Positions 38,175 to 47,671 of a stretch of 64,000 nucleotides of DNA are shown piece by piece. This DNA comes from an uncultured Alphaproteobacteria bacterium (GTDB lineage: Bacteria > Pseudomonadota > Alphaproteobacteria > Sphingomonadales > Sphingomonadaceae). Each line of letters begins with the position of its first letter. Position 1 is the stretch's first letter. The notes beneath the pieces are model-generated. The model did no database searches and was not told where the DNA came from. It saw only the letters and a program-made list of their open reading frames with translations. The stretch covers positions 83,928 through 147,927 of the forward strand of contig CAWISG010000004.1 of NCBI GenBank assembly GCA_963838735.1, read 5' to 3'. The position numbers and the translations under genes are program-made.

Positions 38175-38242
38175 GGCCGCTTGATGGCATTGCGGCGGCC
38201 GCGGACAAGCGCGCCTGTGCGACTGTCCCGGCTTGGCACCGC

Positions 38243-39019
38243 TTAGCGGTCAGGCATTACTTCTCGCGCAGGAAGTCCGGCGGCACGTAAGGCAGCGTGC
38301 GCTTCGGCGATCGAGTGTTCGCCGAAATGGAAGATCGAGGCGGCAAGCACAGCACTGGCGTGGCCCTTCGTTACCCCTTCTACGAGGTGATCCAGAGTGC
38401 CCACGCCGCCGCTGGCGATAACCGGGACCGATACCGCATCGGCGATGGTGCGCGTCAGGTCGAGGTCGTAGCCTGTCTTGGTGCCGTCCCCGTCCATCGA
38501 GGTGACCAGCAATTCGCCCGCGCCCAGTTCCGCAAGTTGTATCGCATGGGCCACCGCGTCGATACCGGTCGGTTTGCGCCCGCCATGCGTAAAGATTTCC
38601 CAGCTTCCCGCCGATACCGCGCGTGCATCGACGCTGGCGACCACGCACTGGCTGCCGAAGCGCGCGGCGATTTCGCCGACCAGTTCGGGCCGCGCCACTG
38701 CCGCACTGTTCACCGCAACCTTGTCCGCGCCTGCCAGCAGCAGCGCGCGCGCATCGTCGACGCTGCGCACCCCGCCCCCCACAGTCAGCGGCATGAAGCA
38801 CACCGCCGCGGTGCGCCGCACGATATCGAGCAGTGTGCCGCGCCCCTCATGCGTGGCCGAAATATCCAGAAAACACAGCTCGTCCGCCCCGGCCGCATCA
38901 TAGGCGCGCGCCTGTTCCACCGGATCGCCCGCATCGACCAGATCGACGAAATTCACCCCCTTCACCACGCGCCCCTCCGCCATGTCGAGGCACGGTATGA
39001 CGCGCACGCGGACGGTCAT
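38243..39019 (-). CDS. hisF: imidazole glycerol phosphate synthase cyclase subunit
   Basis: [24 protein letters not shown]... and [20 protein letters not shown]. Confidence 0.95.
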   Translation of the reverse strand: MTVRVRVIPCLDMAEGRVVKGVNFVDLVDAGDPVEQARAYDAAGADELCFLDISATHEGRGTLLDIVRRTAAVCFMPLTVGGGVRSVDDARALLLAGADKVAVNSAAVARPELVGEIAARFGSQCVVASVDARAVSAGSWEIFTHGGRKPTGIDAVAHAIQLAELGAGELLVTSMDGDGTKTGYDLDLTRTIADAVSVPVIASGGVGTLDHLVEGVTKGHASAVLAASIFHFGEHSIAEAHAALRAAGLPAREVMPDR

Positions 39020-39291
39020 GTCCGGGCCGACATGTCGATGGTGACGCTCGTGTTCCGTTCGCCGTTTCCGAACGAAGGAACGAGACCGGCGACGATGAAC
39101 GGCCCAAGCAAACCGAAGCCCGCCGCCAATATGCCCGGCGACGGCACACCATACCGCTCGCCCAGCAGATAGGCCGACACTGCGAGGACGAAGGATAGCA
39201 ATCCTGTCAGCAATCCGGCGGCAAGACCCATCGTTCCCCAGCCGACTGCGAACCACGCGAACGCGCTGGCAAGGAACCACGCCCTGCTCAC
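39016..39291 (-). CDS. small hydrophobic protein (about 91 aa), hypothetical
   Basis: Fills the hisA-hisF gap. GTG 39291 lies 1 nt after the hisA stop, and its own stop overlaps the hisF ATG (ATGA). It has three hydrophobic helices. Confidence 0.5.
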   Translation of the reverse strand: MSRAWFLASAFAWFAVGWGTMGLAAGLLTGLLSFVLAVSAYLLGERYGVPSPGILAAGFGLLGPFIVAGLVPSFGNGERNTSVTIDMSART

Positions 39292-39292
39292 G

Positions 39293-40033
39293 CTACGCCC
39301 CCGCCCCGGCCTTTCGGGCCATCGCCAGCGCCGCCGCCAAGTCCAGCCGCCCGTCATACAGCGCGCGGCCCGTAATCACGCCCTCGATCCCATCCTGCGT
39401 GTGCATCGACAGGATGTGAATATCGTCCAGCCCCTTCACCCCGCCACTGGCGATCACGGGCAAGTCGGTGCGGTGCGCGAGTTCCAGCGTCGCGTCGATA
39501 TTGCAGCCCTTGAGCATTCCGTCGCGCCCGATATCTGTGAACAGCAGCGCGGCGACGCCTGCATCCTCGAACCGGCGGGCCATGTCGTGCACCGGCACGT
39601 CGGACTGCGCGGCCCAGCCGTCGGTGGCCACCATGCCGTCGCGCGCATCGACCGCGACCACGATGCCGCCTTCGTATTCGCGCGCCATCGTCTTGACGAA
39701 ACCGGGATCTTTCAGCGCCGCGGTGCCGATGACGATGCGCGCGACGCCTGCCTCGAACCAGCCTGCCACATCGGCAGGCGTGCGAATGCCACCACCCAGT
39801 TGCACATGGCCGGGAAACGTCGCGACAATTCCCTCCACCGCCGTACGGTTTACCGCGCTGCCAGCAAACGATCCGTCGAGATCGACAACATGCAGATGCT
39901 CGGCTCCGGCGTCTGCGAACAGCACCGCCTGCGCAGCAGGATCGTCGCCATAGACGGTCGCGCGGTCCATATCCCCTTCGGCAAGGCGGACCACCTGTCC
40001 GGACTTCAGGTCGATTGCGGGAAACACGATCAT
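39293..40033 (-). CDS. hisA: ProFAR isomerase
   Basis: MIVFPAIDLKSGQVVRL... and VIASGGVKGLDDI. Confidence 0.95.
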   Translation of the reverse strand: MIVFPAIDLKSGQVVRLAEGDMDRATVYGDDPAAQAVLFADAGAEHLHVVDLDGSFAGSAVNRTAVEGIVATFPGHVQLGGGIRTPADVAGWFEAGVARIVIGTAALKDPGFVKTMAREYEGGIVVAVDARDGMVATDGWAAQSDVPVHDMARRFEDAGVAALLFTDIGRDGMLKGCNIDATLELAHRTDLPVIASGGVKGLDDIHILSMHTQDGIEGVITGRALYDGRLDLAAALAMARKAGAGA

Positions 40034-40046
40034 GCCAATGTCTCCA

Positions 40047-40649
40047 TCACGGTCGCCACTCCAGAAACCTCTTCAGAAACGCCAGCCCGTACCCTTGGCT
40101 CTTTTCCGGATGGAACTGCACACCAATGGCCGTGCCGGTCCGGACCGCTGCCGTCACCGGACTGCCGTGATCAGTCGTGGCGCAGACTGCCCCGCGCCCG
40201 CGAAAAGCGTAGCCATGCAGGAAATACGCCTCACCCGCCGCGACCAGCGTTTCCCCGTCGACGGGTTGCACCTCGTTCCAGCCCATATGCGGCACTTTCA
40301 CCCTTTGCGAAGGTTGCAGCGGTTCGACCGTGCCCGGCACCCAGCCCAGCCCGCGATGTCGGCCCTGTTCCAGCCCTTCCTCCGCCATAAGCTGCATTCC
40401 TACGCAAATGCCAAGAAACGGCACGCCATGCTCCAAAACGCGCCGCTCCATCGTTTCCACCATATCGGGCAGCGCGGACAGACCCTGCATACAGGCAGCA
40501 AACGAGCCGACACCGGGCAGCACGATACGATCCGCCCTGGCAACATGCGTCGCATCGTCCGTCACCAGCACGGGCGAGCCGACGGCTTTCAAGGCATTCT
40601 CGACGGAGTGCAAGTTGCCGGCGCCATAGTCGATGAGGGCGAGGGTCAT
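40047..40649 (-). CDS. hisH: imidazole glycerol phosphate synthase glutamine amidotransferase subunit
   Basis: MTLALIDYGAGNLHSV and GICVGMQL (catalytic Cys). The listed ORF extends upstream into the repeat region. Confidence 0.95.
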   Translation of the reverse strand: MTLALIDYGAGNLHSVENALKAVGSPVLVTDDATHVARADRIVLPGVGSFAACMQGLSALPDMVETMERRVLEHGVPFLGICVGMQLMAEEGLEQGRHRGLGWVPGTVEPLQPSQRVKVPHMGWNEVQPVDGETLVAAGEAYFLHGYAFRGRGAVCATTDHGSPVTAAVRTGTAIGVQFHPEKSQGYGLAFLKRFLEWRP

Positions 40650-40660
40650 GAAGTCAGCTT

Positions 40661-40909
40661 GCTCGCTGACGCTCGTCGCAGTGCCATCCCGCTCCCCCTC
40701 CCGGAGTCTTTGTTTGGTGCGGTCGGCCATCCGGCCTCCCTCGCTGTGCCGTCCCGCTCCCTCTCAAAAAGTCTTTGTTGGGTGCGCTCCGGACATCCGT
40801 CCTCCGCTTGCTGTGCCATCCCACTCCCCCTCCCGACCACCCATTTAGGATAATCCCATGGGTGGTCGGGAGGGGGCGTGGGACGGCACAGCACTCGAGC
40901 GTCAGCGAG
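40661..40909. repeat. composite REP/MITE-like element: three direct and one inverted copy of a 65-70-nt unit
   Basis: Core CTGTGCC[A/G]TCCC[G/A]CTCCC occurs at about 40680, 40744 and 40811, and inverted at about 40870-40892. A 35-bp stem pairs 40810-40844 with 40858-40892 (33/35). The terminal 14-mers 40662-40675 and 40896-40909 are exact reverse complements. Confidence 0.8.
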
Positions 40910-40919
40910 TAAAAAACAA

Positions 40920-41528
40920 CTACCCACCCAGCACACCCTTCGTGCTGGGCACCGCGTTGCCCTTGCGCGCGTCGCGTTCGACCGCCTGGCGCAGCGCGCG
41001 GGCAAAGCCCTTGTAGATCGCCTCGCAGATGTGGTGGTTGTTTACACCATACAGCAGCTCGATATGCAGGGTCAGCCCCGCTGCCTGTGCGACCGAATGG
41101 AACCAGTGCTCGATCAGTTCGGTGTCCCATTCGCCCAGCTTTTCCTGGCTGAAGCCCGCGCGCCAGACCAGGAACGGGCGGCCCGAAATGTCCAGCGCCA
41201 CGCGCGCCAGTGTTTCATCCATCGGCGAATAGGCCAGGCCATATCGCCCGATGCCCGCCTTCTCGCCCAGCGCCTGCGCCAGAGCCTGCCCCAGCGCAAG
41301 CGCGCTGTCTTCCGTCGTGTGGTGCTGGTCCACATGCAGGTCGCCCTCGATTCGCATGGTGATATCGATCAGCGAGTGGCGGCTGACCTGTTCGACCATG
41401 TGATCGAGAAAGCCGATGCCGGTGGAGACGTCGTATTGCCCGGTACCGTCCAGATCGACGGTGATCGCGATCCTTGTTTCGGCGGTATCGCGGCGGATGG
41501 TTGCGGTTCGTCGGGCGGAGGGGTGCAT
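40920..41528 (-). CDS. hisB: imidazoleglycerol-phosphate dehydratase
   Basis: [39 protein letters not shown]. Confidence 0.95.
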   Translation of the reverse strand: MHPSARRTATIRRDTAETRIAITVDLDGTGQYDVSTGIGFLDHMVEQVSRHSLIDITMRIEGDLHVDQHHTTEDSALALGQALAQALGEKAGIGRYGLAYSPMDETLARVALDISGRPFLVWRAGFSQEKLGEWDTELIEHWFHSVAQAAGLTLHIELLYGVNNHHICEAIYKGFARALRQAVERDARKGNAVPSTKGVLGG

Positions 41529-41645
41529 GCCAGTTTCGGTAGCGGGTGCTGCACGGGTTGGGCAACCGCAGATACGATAGTCTGTTGGCCCTCGGCATCA
41601 TTTGCGCACTTGACCCCGCCCCCGCCCGCCGCCACCTGCTGTGCC

Positions 41646-42146
41646 ATGAGCGACGAGACGCCCGACAGCCTGATCCCCTACGACGATATCGTGCAGGAGG
41701 CCCTGCGCGCCGTGGTCGGCAACGTGCTGCGCGAGATACAGGACGGCGGCAGCGAATTGCCGGGCGCGCACCATTTCTACATTACGTTCAAGACCGCAGC
41801 GGAAGGCGTCGATATTCCCGACTCGCTGCGCGAACGCTTCCCCGATGAAATGACCATCGTGTTGCAGAACAAGTTCTGGGATCTGGAAGTTGGCGAAGAC
41901 GAATTCGGCGTCGGCCTGACCTTCAATCAGATCCCCGCCAAGCTGACCGTGCCTTACGCCGCCATCACCAGCTTCGTCGATCCGGCGGTAGATTTCGGCC
42001 TGCAATTCCAGGCGAGTGTAGCCGACATGGCACCGGAGCATACCGATGCGGGCGAAAATGACGCGATCGACGCAAGTCCTGCCGAGGCCGAGCCGGTCGA
42101 AGACGGCAGCAATGTCGTAACCGTCGATTTCGGGCGGAAGAAATAA
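41646..42146 (+). CDS. sspB: ClpXP adaptor SspB (alphaproteobacterial type)
   Basis: 166 aa: YDDIVQEALRAVVGNVLREI, HHFYITFKT, FPDEMTIVLQNKFWDLEV, and an acidic tail ending FGRKK. Confidence 0.8.
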   Translation: MSDETPDSLIPYDDIVQEALRAVVGNVLREIQDGGSELPGAHHFYITFKTAAEGVDIPDSLRERFPDEMTIVLQNKFWDLEVGEDEFGVGLTFNQIPAKLTVPYAAITSFVDPAVDFGLQFQASVADMAPEHTDAGENDAIDASPAEAEPVEDGSNVVTVDFGRKK

Positions 42147-42508
42147 TGGCGCGGAGCAGGCGAACCAAAAAGGGCAATGTCCCTGGACCGTCCGACAATC
42201 CGGCGGCAAACCTGCTGTTCGCCGATATCCTGATGCGCACCGGCTCCTATGCGGTCAAAGAAATCGTACAGCGGCGGATGCTCAAGGACCGCTATGACAA
42301 GCAGACCGCCAAAGAGATTGTGCACAAACGGTCGCTGGCGAAAACCGCGACGTCGTTCGTCGTGGCAAAGGTCGCCACCAGATCATTGCCCGGCGCGCTG
42401 GTGGTCGGCGGCGGGATGCTGGTGAAGACGCTGTTCGACCGCAGCCAGTCGCATCGCGCAGCGAAGAAGGCGGGCGATGCCGAACTGGCGGAACGTATCG
42501 AGGACTAG
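42146..42508 (+). CDS. hypothetical protein (120 aa)
   Basis: The ATG overlaps the sspB stop (TAATG). Basic N-terminus and one hydrophobic segment. Confidence 0.55.
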   Translation: MARSRRTKKGNVPGPSDNPAANLLFADILMRTGSYAVKEIVQRRMLKDRYDKQTAKEIVHKRSLAKTATSFVVAKVATRSLPGALVVGGGMLVKTLFDRSQSHRAAKKAGDAELAERIED

Positions 42509-42562
42509 CACGCCTTTTCGCGCGCAGTTGATATCCGGCCCCGCTTGCTGGCATGGGGGCGC

Positions 42563-43237
42563 ATGACCGCCCCTCCTGCATCCGAACCGGTTCACAGTCC
42601 GCCCGCCAACCACACCAGGCTTCACCGGCGCGGGCTGATGTTCATCCTGTCCTCCCCGTCGGGCGCGGGCAAAACCACCATTTCGCGCATGTTGCTCGAG
42701 AAAGACGAACGGATCAGGCTGTCCGTATCCGTTACCACGCGCCCGCCCCGCCCCGGCGAGGTCGACGGGGTGCATTACCATTTCGTGTCCGATGCCGAAT
42801 TCGACGCGATGGTGGCGGAGGACGATTTCTACGAATATGCGCCCGTCTTCGGCTATCGCTACGGCACGCCCAAGGGCCACATCCGCAATGCGCTGAAGGA
42901 CGGACAGGATTTCCTGTTCGACATCGACTGGCAAGGGACGCAGCAGCTTTACCAGAAGGACCAGCAGGACGTCGTGCGCGTCTTCATCCTGCCCCCCAGC
43001 ATCGACGAACTGCGCCGCCGCCTGGAGTCCCGCGCGCAGGATGCCAGCGACATAATAGACGCCCGCATGGAACGCGCCCGCAGCGAAATCAGCCACTGGG
43101 ACGCCTATGACTATGTGGTCATCAACGACGACGTGGACACATGCTTCGCCAAGGTCGCGCGAATATTAGCGGCGGAGCGGATGAAGCGGCAACGGCAGAC
43201 GGGGCTGATCCCGTTTGTGCGGGAATTGATGGGGTAG
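42563..43237 (+). CDS. gmk: guanylate kinase
   Basis: P-loop SSPSGAGKTT, plus TTRPPRPGEVDGVHYHF. Confidence 0.95.
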   Translation: MTAPPASEPVHSPPANHTRLHRRGLMFILSSPSGAGKTTISRMLLEKDERIRLSVSVTTRPPRPGEVDGVHYHFVSDAEFDAMVAEDDFYEYAPVFGYRYGTPKGHIRNALKDGQDFLFDIDWQGTQQLYQKDQQDVVRVFILPPSIDELRRRLESRAQDASDIIDARMERARSEISHWDAYDYVVINDDVDTCFAKVARILAAERMKRQRQTGLIPFVRELMG

Positions 43238-43239
43238 CG

Positions 43240-43995
43240 TTGGTGGAACATAAAGCCGAAACGCTAACCGAGCGCGAGAAGCAGGTTCTTCGCCTGCTGC
43301 TCGCAGGGCATACGGCAAAGACGGCAGCTTCCACGCTCGACCTGTCGGTTCACACGGTGAACGATTATCTACGCGACGCCCGCAGAAAGCTGGGGGTCGC
43401 CAGCAGCCGGGAGGCAGCACGCGTCCTCGCGCAACATGAAATTTCGCCCCCTCAAAAAGTTGCGACCCAACAAATCAGGTTGGGCAAAGAGCCTACGCTT
43501 GCCGATACTTCCGAACATCCAACACGGCGGCCCCTCGCCCTGTGGGTCATAGGAGTGCTTGTTATGCTTTCGATCATCCTTGCCGCCGCATTGGCGACAA
43601 ACAGCTTCGCACCCGACCGGGCCGAAACTGCCCAAGTGGAAACCATGGTGAGGAATGGCGTGGAGGTCGAGGCCCATGCCCTGACTTGGCTCGAGCTGAT
43701 CGATACGAGACAGTATCGCGAAAGCTGGGATCGGGCAGGCCCGGTGTTCCAGTCCGCCGTAACCGCCGAGCAGTGGTCCACCCAGGTCGATAACATTCGC
43801 AAACCGCTTGGCACGTTAGTTTCACGCCAGATACAAGTGTTTGAAACGTCCACGCAGCTGCCGGGTACCGCGGTCGGCAATTATGTCGTCATGCAGTTCA
43901 AGAGCGATTTTGCTCAGCGTTCCGATAAGGTTGAAACAATCGTCATGTCCCAGCTGGATGACGAATGGTTCGTCGTCGGCTATTTCATCCGCTGA
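43240..43995 (+). CDS. membrane-anchored LuxR/GerE-type HTH regulator with DUF4019-like C-terminal domain
   Basis: LTEREKQVLRLLLAGHTAKTAASTLDLSVHTVNDYLRDARRKLG, then the TM helix LALWVIGVLVMLSIILAAALA, then WLELIDTRQYRESWDRAGPVF. TTG/GTG start just after the gmk stop. Confidence 0.8.
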   Translation: MVEHKAETLTEREKQVLRLLLAGHTAKTAASTLDLSVHTVNDYLRDARRKLGVASSREAARVLAQHEISPPQKVATQQIRLGKEPTLADTSEHPTRRPLALWVIGVLVMLSIILAAALATNSFAPDRAETAQVETMVRNGVEVEAHALTWLELIDTRQYRESWDRAGPVFQSAVTAEQWSTQVDNIRKPLGTLVSRQIQVFETSTQLPGTAVGNYVVMQFKSDFAQRSDKVETIVMSQLDDEWFVVGYFIR

Positions 43996-44134
43996 AGAAA
44001 CAACAGCCAATTACGGCCAGGCCGACGTTTTAGAACAATCGCGACAAGCGCATGCAGCAAAAACGAACGCCGGCTACCCACTCTTTTGCGAAGGATCGTG
44101 GATCCGCTAGCCCAGAGTAATTTGAGGATACGGG

Positions 44135-44464
44135 ATGGCCAGTATATTCGTCAGCATAGCAGTTGTTGTCATATTAGTTTTCATGTCGTGGCTAGCAAAC
44201 GATCGCTTGTCAGACGAGACTAAATTGCCAATGCAATGGTCTTTGAGTGGCAAGGTAACTTGGTCAGCTCCTCGAAGGCTGGCTTTGGCGTTTACTCCGA
44301 TCCTAGCTGCTACGATCCTTCTGGTATTAATTTTCTTGCCAAGGGTGAATGTCGCTGGAATGAGTTCAAAGACTGTTGAACTGCCGACCTTGTTTATAAT
44401 CGCAGCAACATTCATCGTTTTTCATTCGGTCTATCTTTGGGTAGTGAACCGAAGCCTTAGCTAG
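44135..44464 (+). CDS. DUF1648/SdpI-like small membrane protein
   Basis: 109 aa with three TM helices and KLPMQWSLSGKVTWSAPRR after TM1. G+C is very low (about 41-45% by spot count). Confidence 0.6.
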   Translation: MASIFVSIAVVVILVFMSWLANDRLSDETKLPMQWSLSGKVTWSAPRRLALAFTPILAATILLVLIFLPRVNVAGMSSKTVELPTLFIIAATFIVFHSVYLWVVNRSLS

Positions 44465-44507
44465 GTAGGCAGCTAACCCCACTTCCCATTCTTACGTTCG
44501 GAACACG

Positions 44508-45398
44508 ATGCCAGTTTTTTCCCTCTTTCGTGGCTTGCCCGTAGCCGCACTCGCCCTGTCCACTCTGGCGCTCGGCGCGTGCTCGCCACTGGGCGCTTTC
44601 AATTCCCTCATTCCCAAGGACGGGGGAACGCAGCAGTCTGCGAAGGACGTATCGTTCGGACCGCTGGAGCGGCAGAAGCTGGACCTCTACCGGCCCGACC
44701 GAGCGGACGGCGATACACCCGACGCCGACCTACCGATCATCGTCTTCATCCACGGTGGTTCGTGGCAGGATGGAAACAAGGACGGCTATTCCTTCGTCGG
44801 TCGCGCGCTTGCCTCTAGCGGATTTCTGGTCGCGGTTCCCAATTACCGTCTGGTTCCCGACGTCCGTTATCCATCGTTTCTGGAAGACAATGCCGCGGCG
44901 GTGCGGTGGGTGATCGACAATGCCGCCGCCTATGGTGGCGATCCCTCCCGCATCGTGCTCGTCGGCCATTCGGCGGGGGCTTACAATGCCGCCATGCTGA
45001 CGCTCGACGAACGCTGGCTGGGCAGCGCGCGGCGACATGTGAAGGGGTTTGTCGGGTTGGCCGGCCCCTACGATTTCCTGCCACTGGATGGCGACGTCAC
45101 TCGCGCGGCGTTCGGGAATGCGGAGAAGCCGGAAACCACACAGCCGATCGCTTTTGCCACGGCAGACGATCCGCCGGTGCTTCTCCTGCACGGCGCGAAG
45201 GACACGACCGTTTACACACGCAACAGCGAAACACTGCGCAACCGGCTGGTGCAAGCGGGGGCCGAGGCGCGGATCGAGATCTATCCCGACCTCGGGCATA
45301 TCGAGATACTGACCGCCCTGTCCCGCCCGTTCCGCGGCAAGGCGCCGGTGCTGAACGACACGGCGACATTTGCAAAAGACGTTTCGCACCGACCATGA
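44508..45398 (+). CDS. alpha/beta hydrolase (esterase/lipase family), lipoprotein-like signal
   Basis: Oxyanion-hole motif VFIHGGSW, nucleophile elbow GHSAGA, and lipobox-like LALGAC. Confidence 0.85.
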   Translation: MPVFSLFRGLPVAALALSTLALGACSPLGAFNSLIPKDGGTQQSAKDVSFGPLERQKLDLYRPDRADGDTPDADLPIIVFIHGGSWQDGNKDGYSFVGRALASSGFLVAVPNYRLVPDVRYPSFLEDNAAAVRWVIDNAAAYGGDPSRIVLVGHSAGAYNAAMLTLDERWLGSARRHVKGFVGLAGPYDFLPLDGDVTRAAFGNAEKPETTQPIAFATADDPPVLLLHGAKDTTVYTRNSETLRNRLVQAGAEARIEIYPDLGHIEILTALSRPFRGKAPVLNDTATFAKDVSHRP

Positions 45399-45665
45399 GC
45401 CAAGCGATTGACGCGTCTGGCTAAACCATTTTCCTACACGGCCGCCGCCTGCCATATTCGAAACGCTCTTTCAAAACCGAATATGCCGCAACGAAAAAGC
45501 TCTGCTGGAAGGCAAGGCTCTCGTGTATTTTATTGAACTGCCAAGGCGCTTGGAAAGCAACGCGCTGTATGTATTTCGTCAACGTGCCGTGCCGCAGCCG
45601 ACAAACGAATAATAACCCGATCCAGGTCTAAACTTCCCTAAACTTCCGACGCAATCCCGCTTTGA

Positions 45666-46481
45666 TCAGTCCCCCGCCGGATCGACGAAATTGCCCGCGC
45701 CGACATTGGCATTCACCACGCCACCGTCGATCGGGATGGTGGTGCCGACCACGTAGTCGCCAGCACGGCTGAGGAGGTAGATCGCTCCCGCCGCCATGTC
45801 CTCGGTCACCCCGATGCGGCGGCTGGGGATGCCTTTTTCGACCATGTCGGCATTGTCGCGCGCGGCGCGGTTCATGGCGCTGGGGAAGGCGCCGGGGCCG
45901 ATGCCGTTGACCACGATGTGCTGCCCGATCAGTTCCGCCGCCATGCGCCGCGTGAGGTGGATGAGGCCCGCCTTCGATGCCTGATAGGGATAGGTCGGCC
46001 AAGGGTTGGATTTCATCCCGTCGATGCTGGCGATCATCAGCACCTTGGCGGGACGGTCCTTGGTCGCCGCGGCCTTTAGCAGCGGCAACAGCTTCTGGGT
46101 CAGGAAGAACGGCGTCTTCACATTGAGGTCCATCGTGCGGTCCCAGCCTGCCTCGGTAAACTTCTCGAACGGCTCACCCCACGCCGCGCCGGCATTGTTG
46201 ACCAGCAAGTCGAGCTTGTCCTCGCGTTCGCTCAGCTCGTCCACAAGTCGCGCGATCCCGTCCATCTGCGACAGGTCTCCCGTCAACCCGACGACCTTGT
46301 CACCCAGCTCCGCGGACGTGGCGTCCACCTGCTCCTTCTTGCGGGCGACGATGTAGATCCTGGCGCAGCCTGCCTCCAGCAAGCCCTCCACGATCATCTT
46401 GCCGATACCGCGCGATCCACCCGTCACCAGTGCTATCTTGTCTTCGAGGCCGAACAGGTCCGTCAGTTTCATCATCGTCAA
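45666..46481 (-). CDS. SDR family oxidoreductase
   Basis: VTGGSRGIGKMI, plus YQASKAG active site. 4-nt overlap with the upstream ACAD. Confidence 0.9.
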   Translation of the reverse strand: MTMMKLTDLFGLEDKIALVTGGSRGIGKMIVEGLLEAGCARIYIVARKKEQVDATSAELGDKVVGLTGDLSQMDGIARLVDELSEREDKLDLLVNNAGAAWGEPFEKFTEAGWDRTMDLNVKTPFFLTQKLLPLLKAAATKDRPAKVLMIASIDGMKSNPWPTYPYQASKAGLIHLTRRMAAELIGQHIVVNGIGPGAFPSAMNRAARDNADMVEKGIPSRRIGVTEDMAAGAIYLLSRAGDYVVGTTIPIDGGVVNANVGAGNFVDPAGD

Positions 46482-47617
46482 TACCCCTGCAACTGCGCCA
46501 CGCGCTGGGTGTGATAATAGGCATCGCCGAGGAACTCCTGCAACGCGCGATCGCGTTTCATGTAGAGGCCGATGTCGTATTCGTCGGTCATGCCGATGCC
46601 GCCATGCATCTGCACGCCTTCCTTGACGGCGAGGCCCGCTGCGGTGGCGACCTTGGCCTTGGCGACGGAGACCATCAGCTCGGCCTTGTCGCTTCCGGCG
46701 TCCAATAGCTGCTGCGCCTTGATCGTCACGGCGCGGGCAATTTCGACTTCGGAATAGAGGTGGGCGGCGCGATGCTGCAATGCCTGGAACTCGCCGATCA
46801 GCTTGCCGAACTGCTTGCGCTGTTTCAGGTAATCGACGGTCATGTCCATCGCCCCGCGCGCCACGCCGACACCCTCCGCAGCCGCGCCGATGCGACCTGC
46901 GTTCAGCATCGCGTTCAGGATTTCGCGCCCGCCATCGACTTCGCCGATAACCGCGTCGCCGTCCAGCTCCACCCCGTCGAAGGTGGTGTGCGTCGCCATC
47001 GAACTGTCGACCAGCCGCACGCTGTCATGGCGCATGCCATTGGCGTCTTTCGGCACGGCGAACAGGGTAATACCGTTGGCGTCGCTGTCCGACCCGGATG
47101 TACGCGCGGCGACCACCAGCATATCGGCGCTGGCGCCCTGCACCACGAAGTCCTTCTTGCCCGACAGCCTGAAGCCGTTGCCTGATTTTTCGGCTTTGGT
47201 CGCAATCCGTTCGGGCCGGTGCTTCGCGCTTTCGTCGATTGCGACGGCATAGACCGACTTGCCCTCGATCACGCCGGGCAGATAGCGTTCGCGCAGTTCC
47301 GCGCTGCCGTGCTTCAGCGCGGTGGTGGCCAGCACCGAAGTGGTCAGGAACGGCGACGGCGTCAGGTTGCGGCCGATCTCTTCCAATACGATGCCCGCTT
47401 CGACATGGCCCATGCCCAGTCCGCCATCGTCTTCGCTGACAAGGATACCATTCAGGCCCAGCTCCGCGAACTGTCCCCACAGGCCGTGGCCGAAGCCATC
47501 CTTGCAATCCCGGTCGCGCCAGTGGCGCAGCTGTTTCGCGATGCTGCCTTCTTCCGCCATAAAGTTGCTGGCAGTTTCGGCCAGCATGGCCTGATCGTCG
47601 TCGTGATAAAGGGGCAT
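46478..47617 (-). CDS. acyl-CoA dehydrogenase family protein
   Basis: 379 aa with ACAD C-terminal signature QMHGGIGMTDEYDIGLYMKR. Confidence 0.9.
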   Translation of the reverse strand: MPLYHDDDQAMLAETASNFMAEEGSIAKQLRHWRDRDCKDGFGHGLWGQFAELGLNGILVSEDDGGLGMGHVEAGIVLEEIGRNLTPSPFLTTSVLATTALKHGSAELRERYLPGVIEGKSVYAVAIDESAKHRPERIATKAEKSGNGFRLSGKKDFVVQGASADMLVVAARTSGSDSDANGITLFAVPKDANGMRHDSVRLVDSSMATHTTFDGVELDGDAVIGEVDGGREILNAMLNAGRIGAAAEGVGVARGAMDMTVDYLKQRKQFGKLIGEFQALQHRAAHLYSEVEIARAVTIKAQQLLDAGSDKAELMVSVAKAKVATAAGLAVKEGVQMHGGIGMTDEYDIGLYMKRDRALQEFLGDAYYHTQRVAQLQGY

Positions 47618-47671
47618 GATCTCTCCGTGCGCGGACTTGTGTCGCGTTGTAATTACAAAGGTTTTCGCCGC

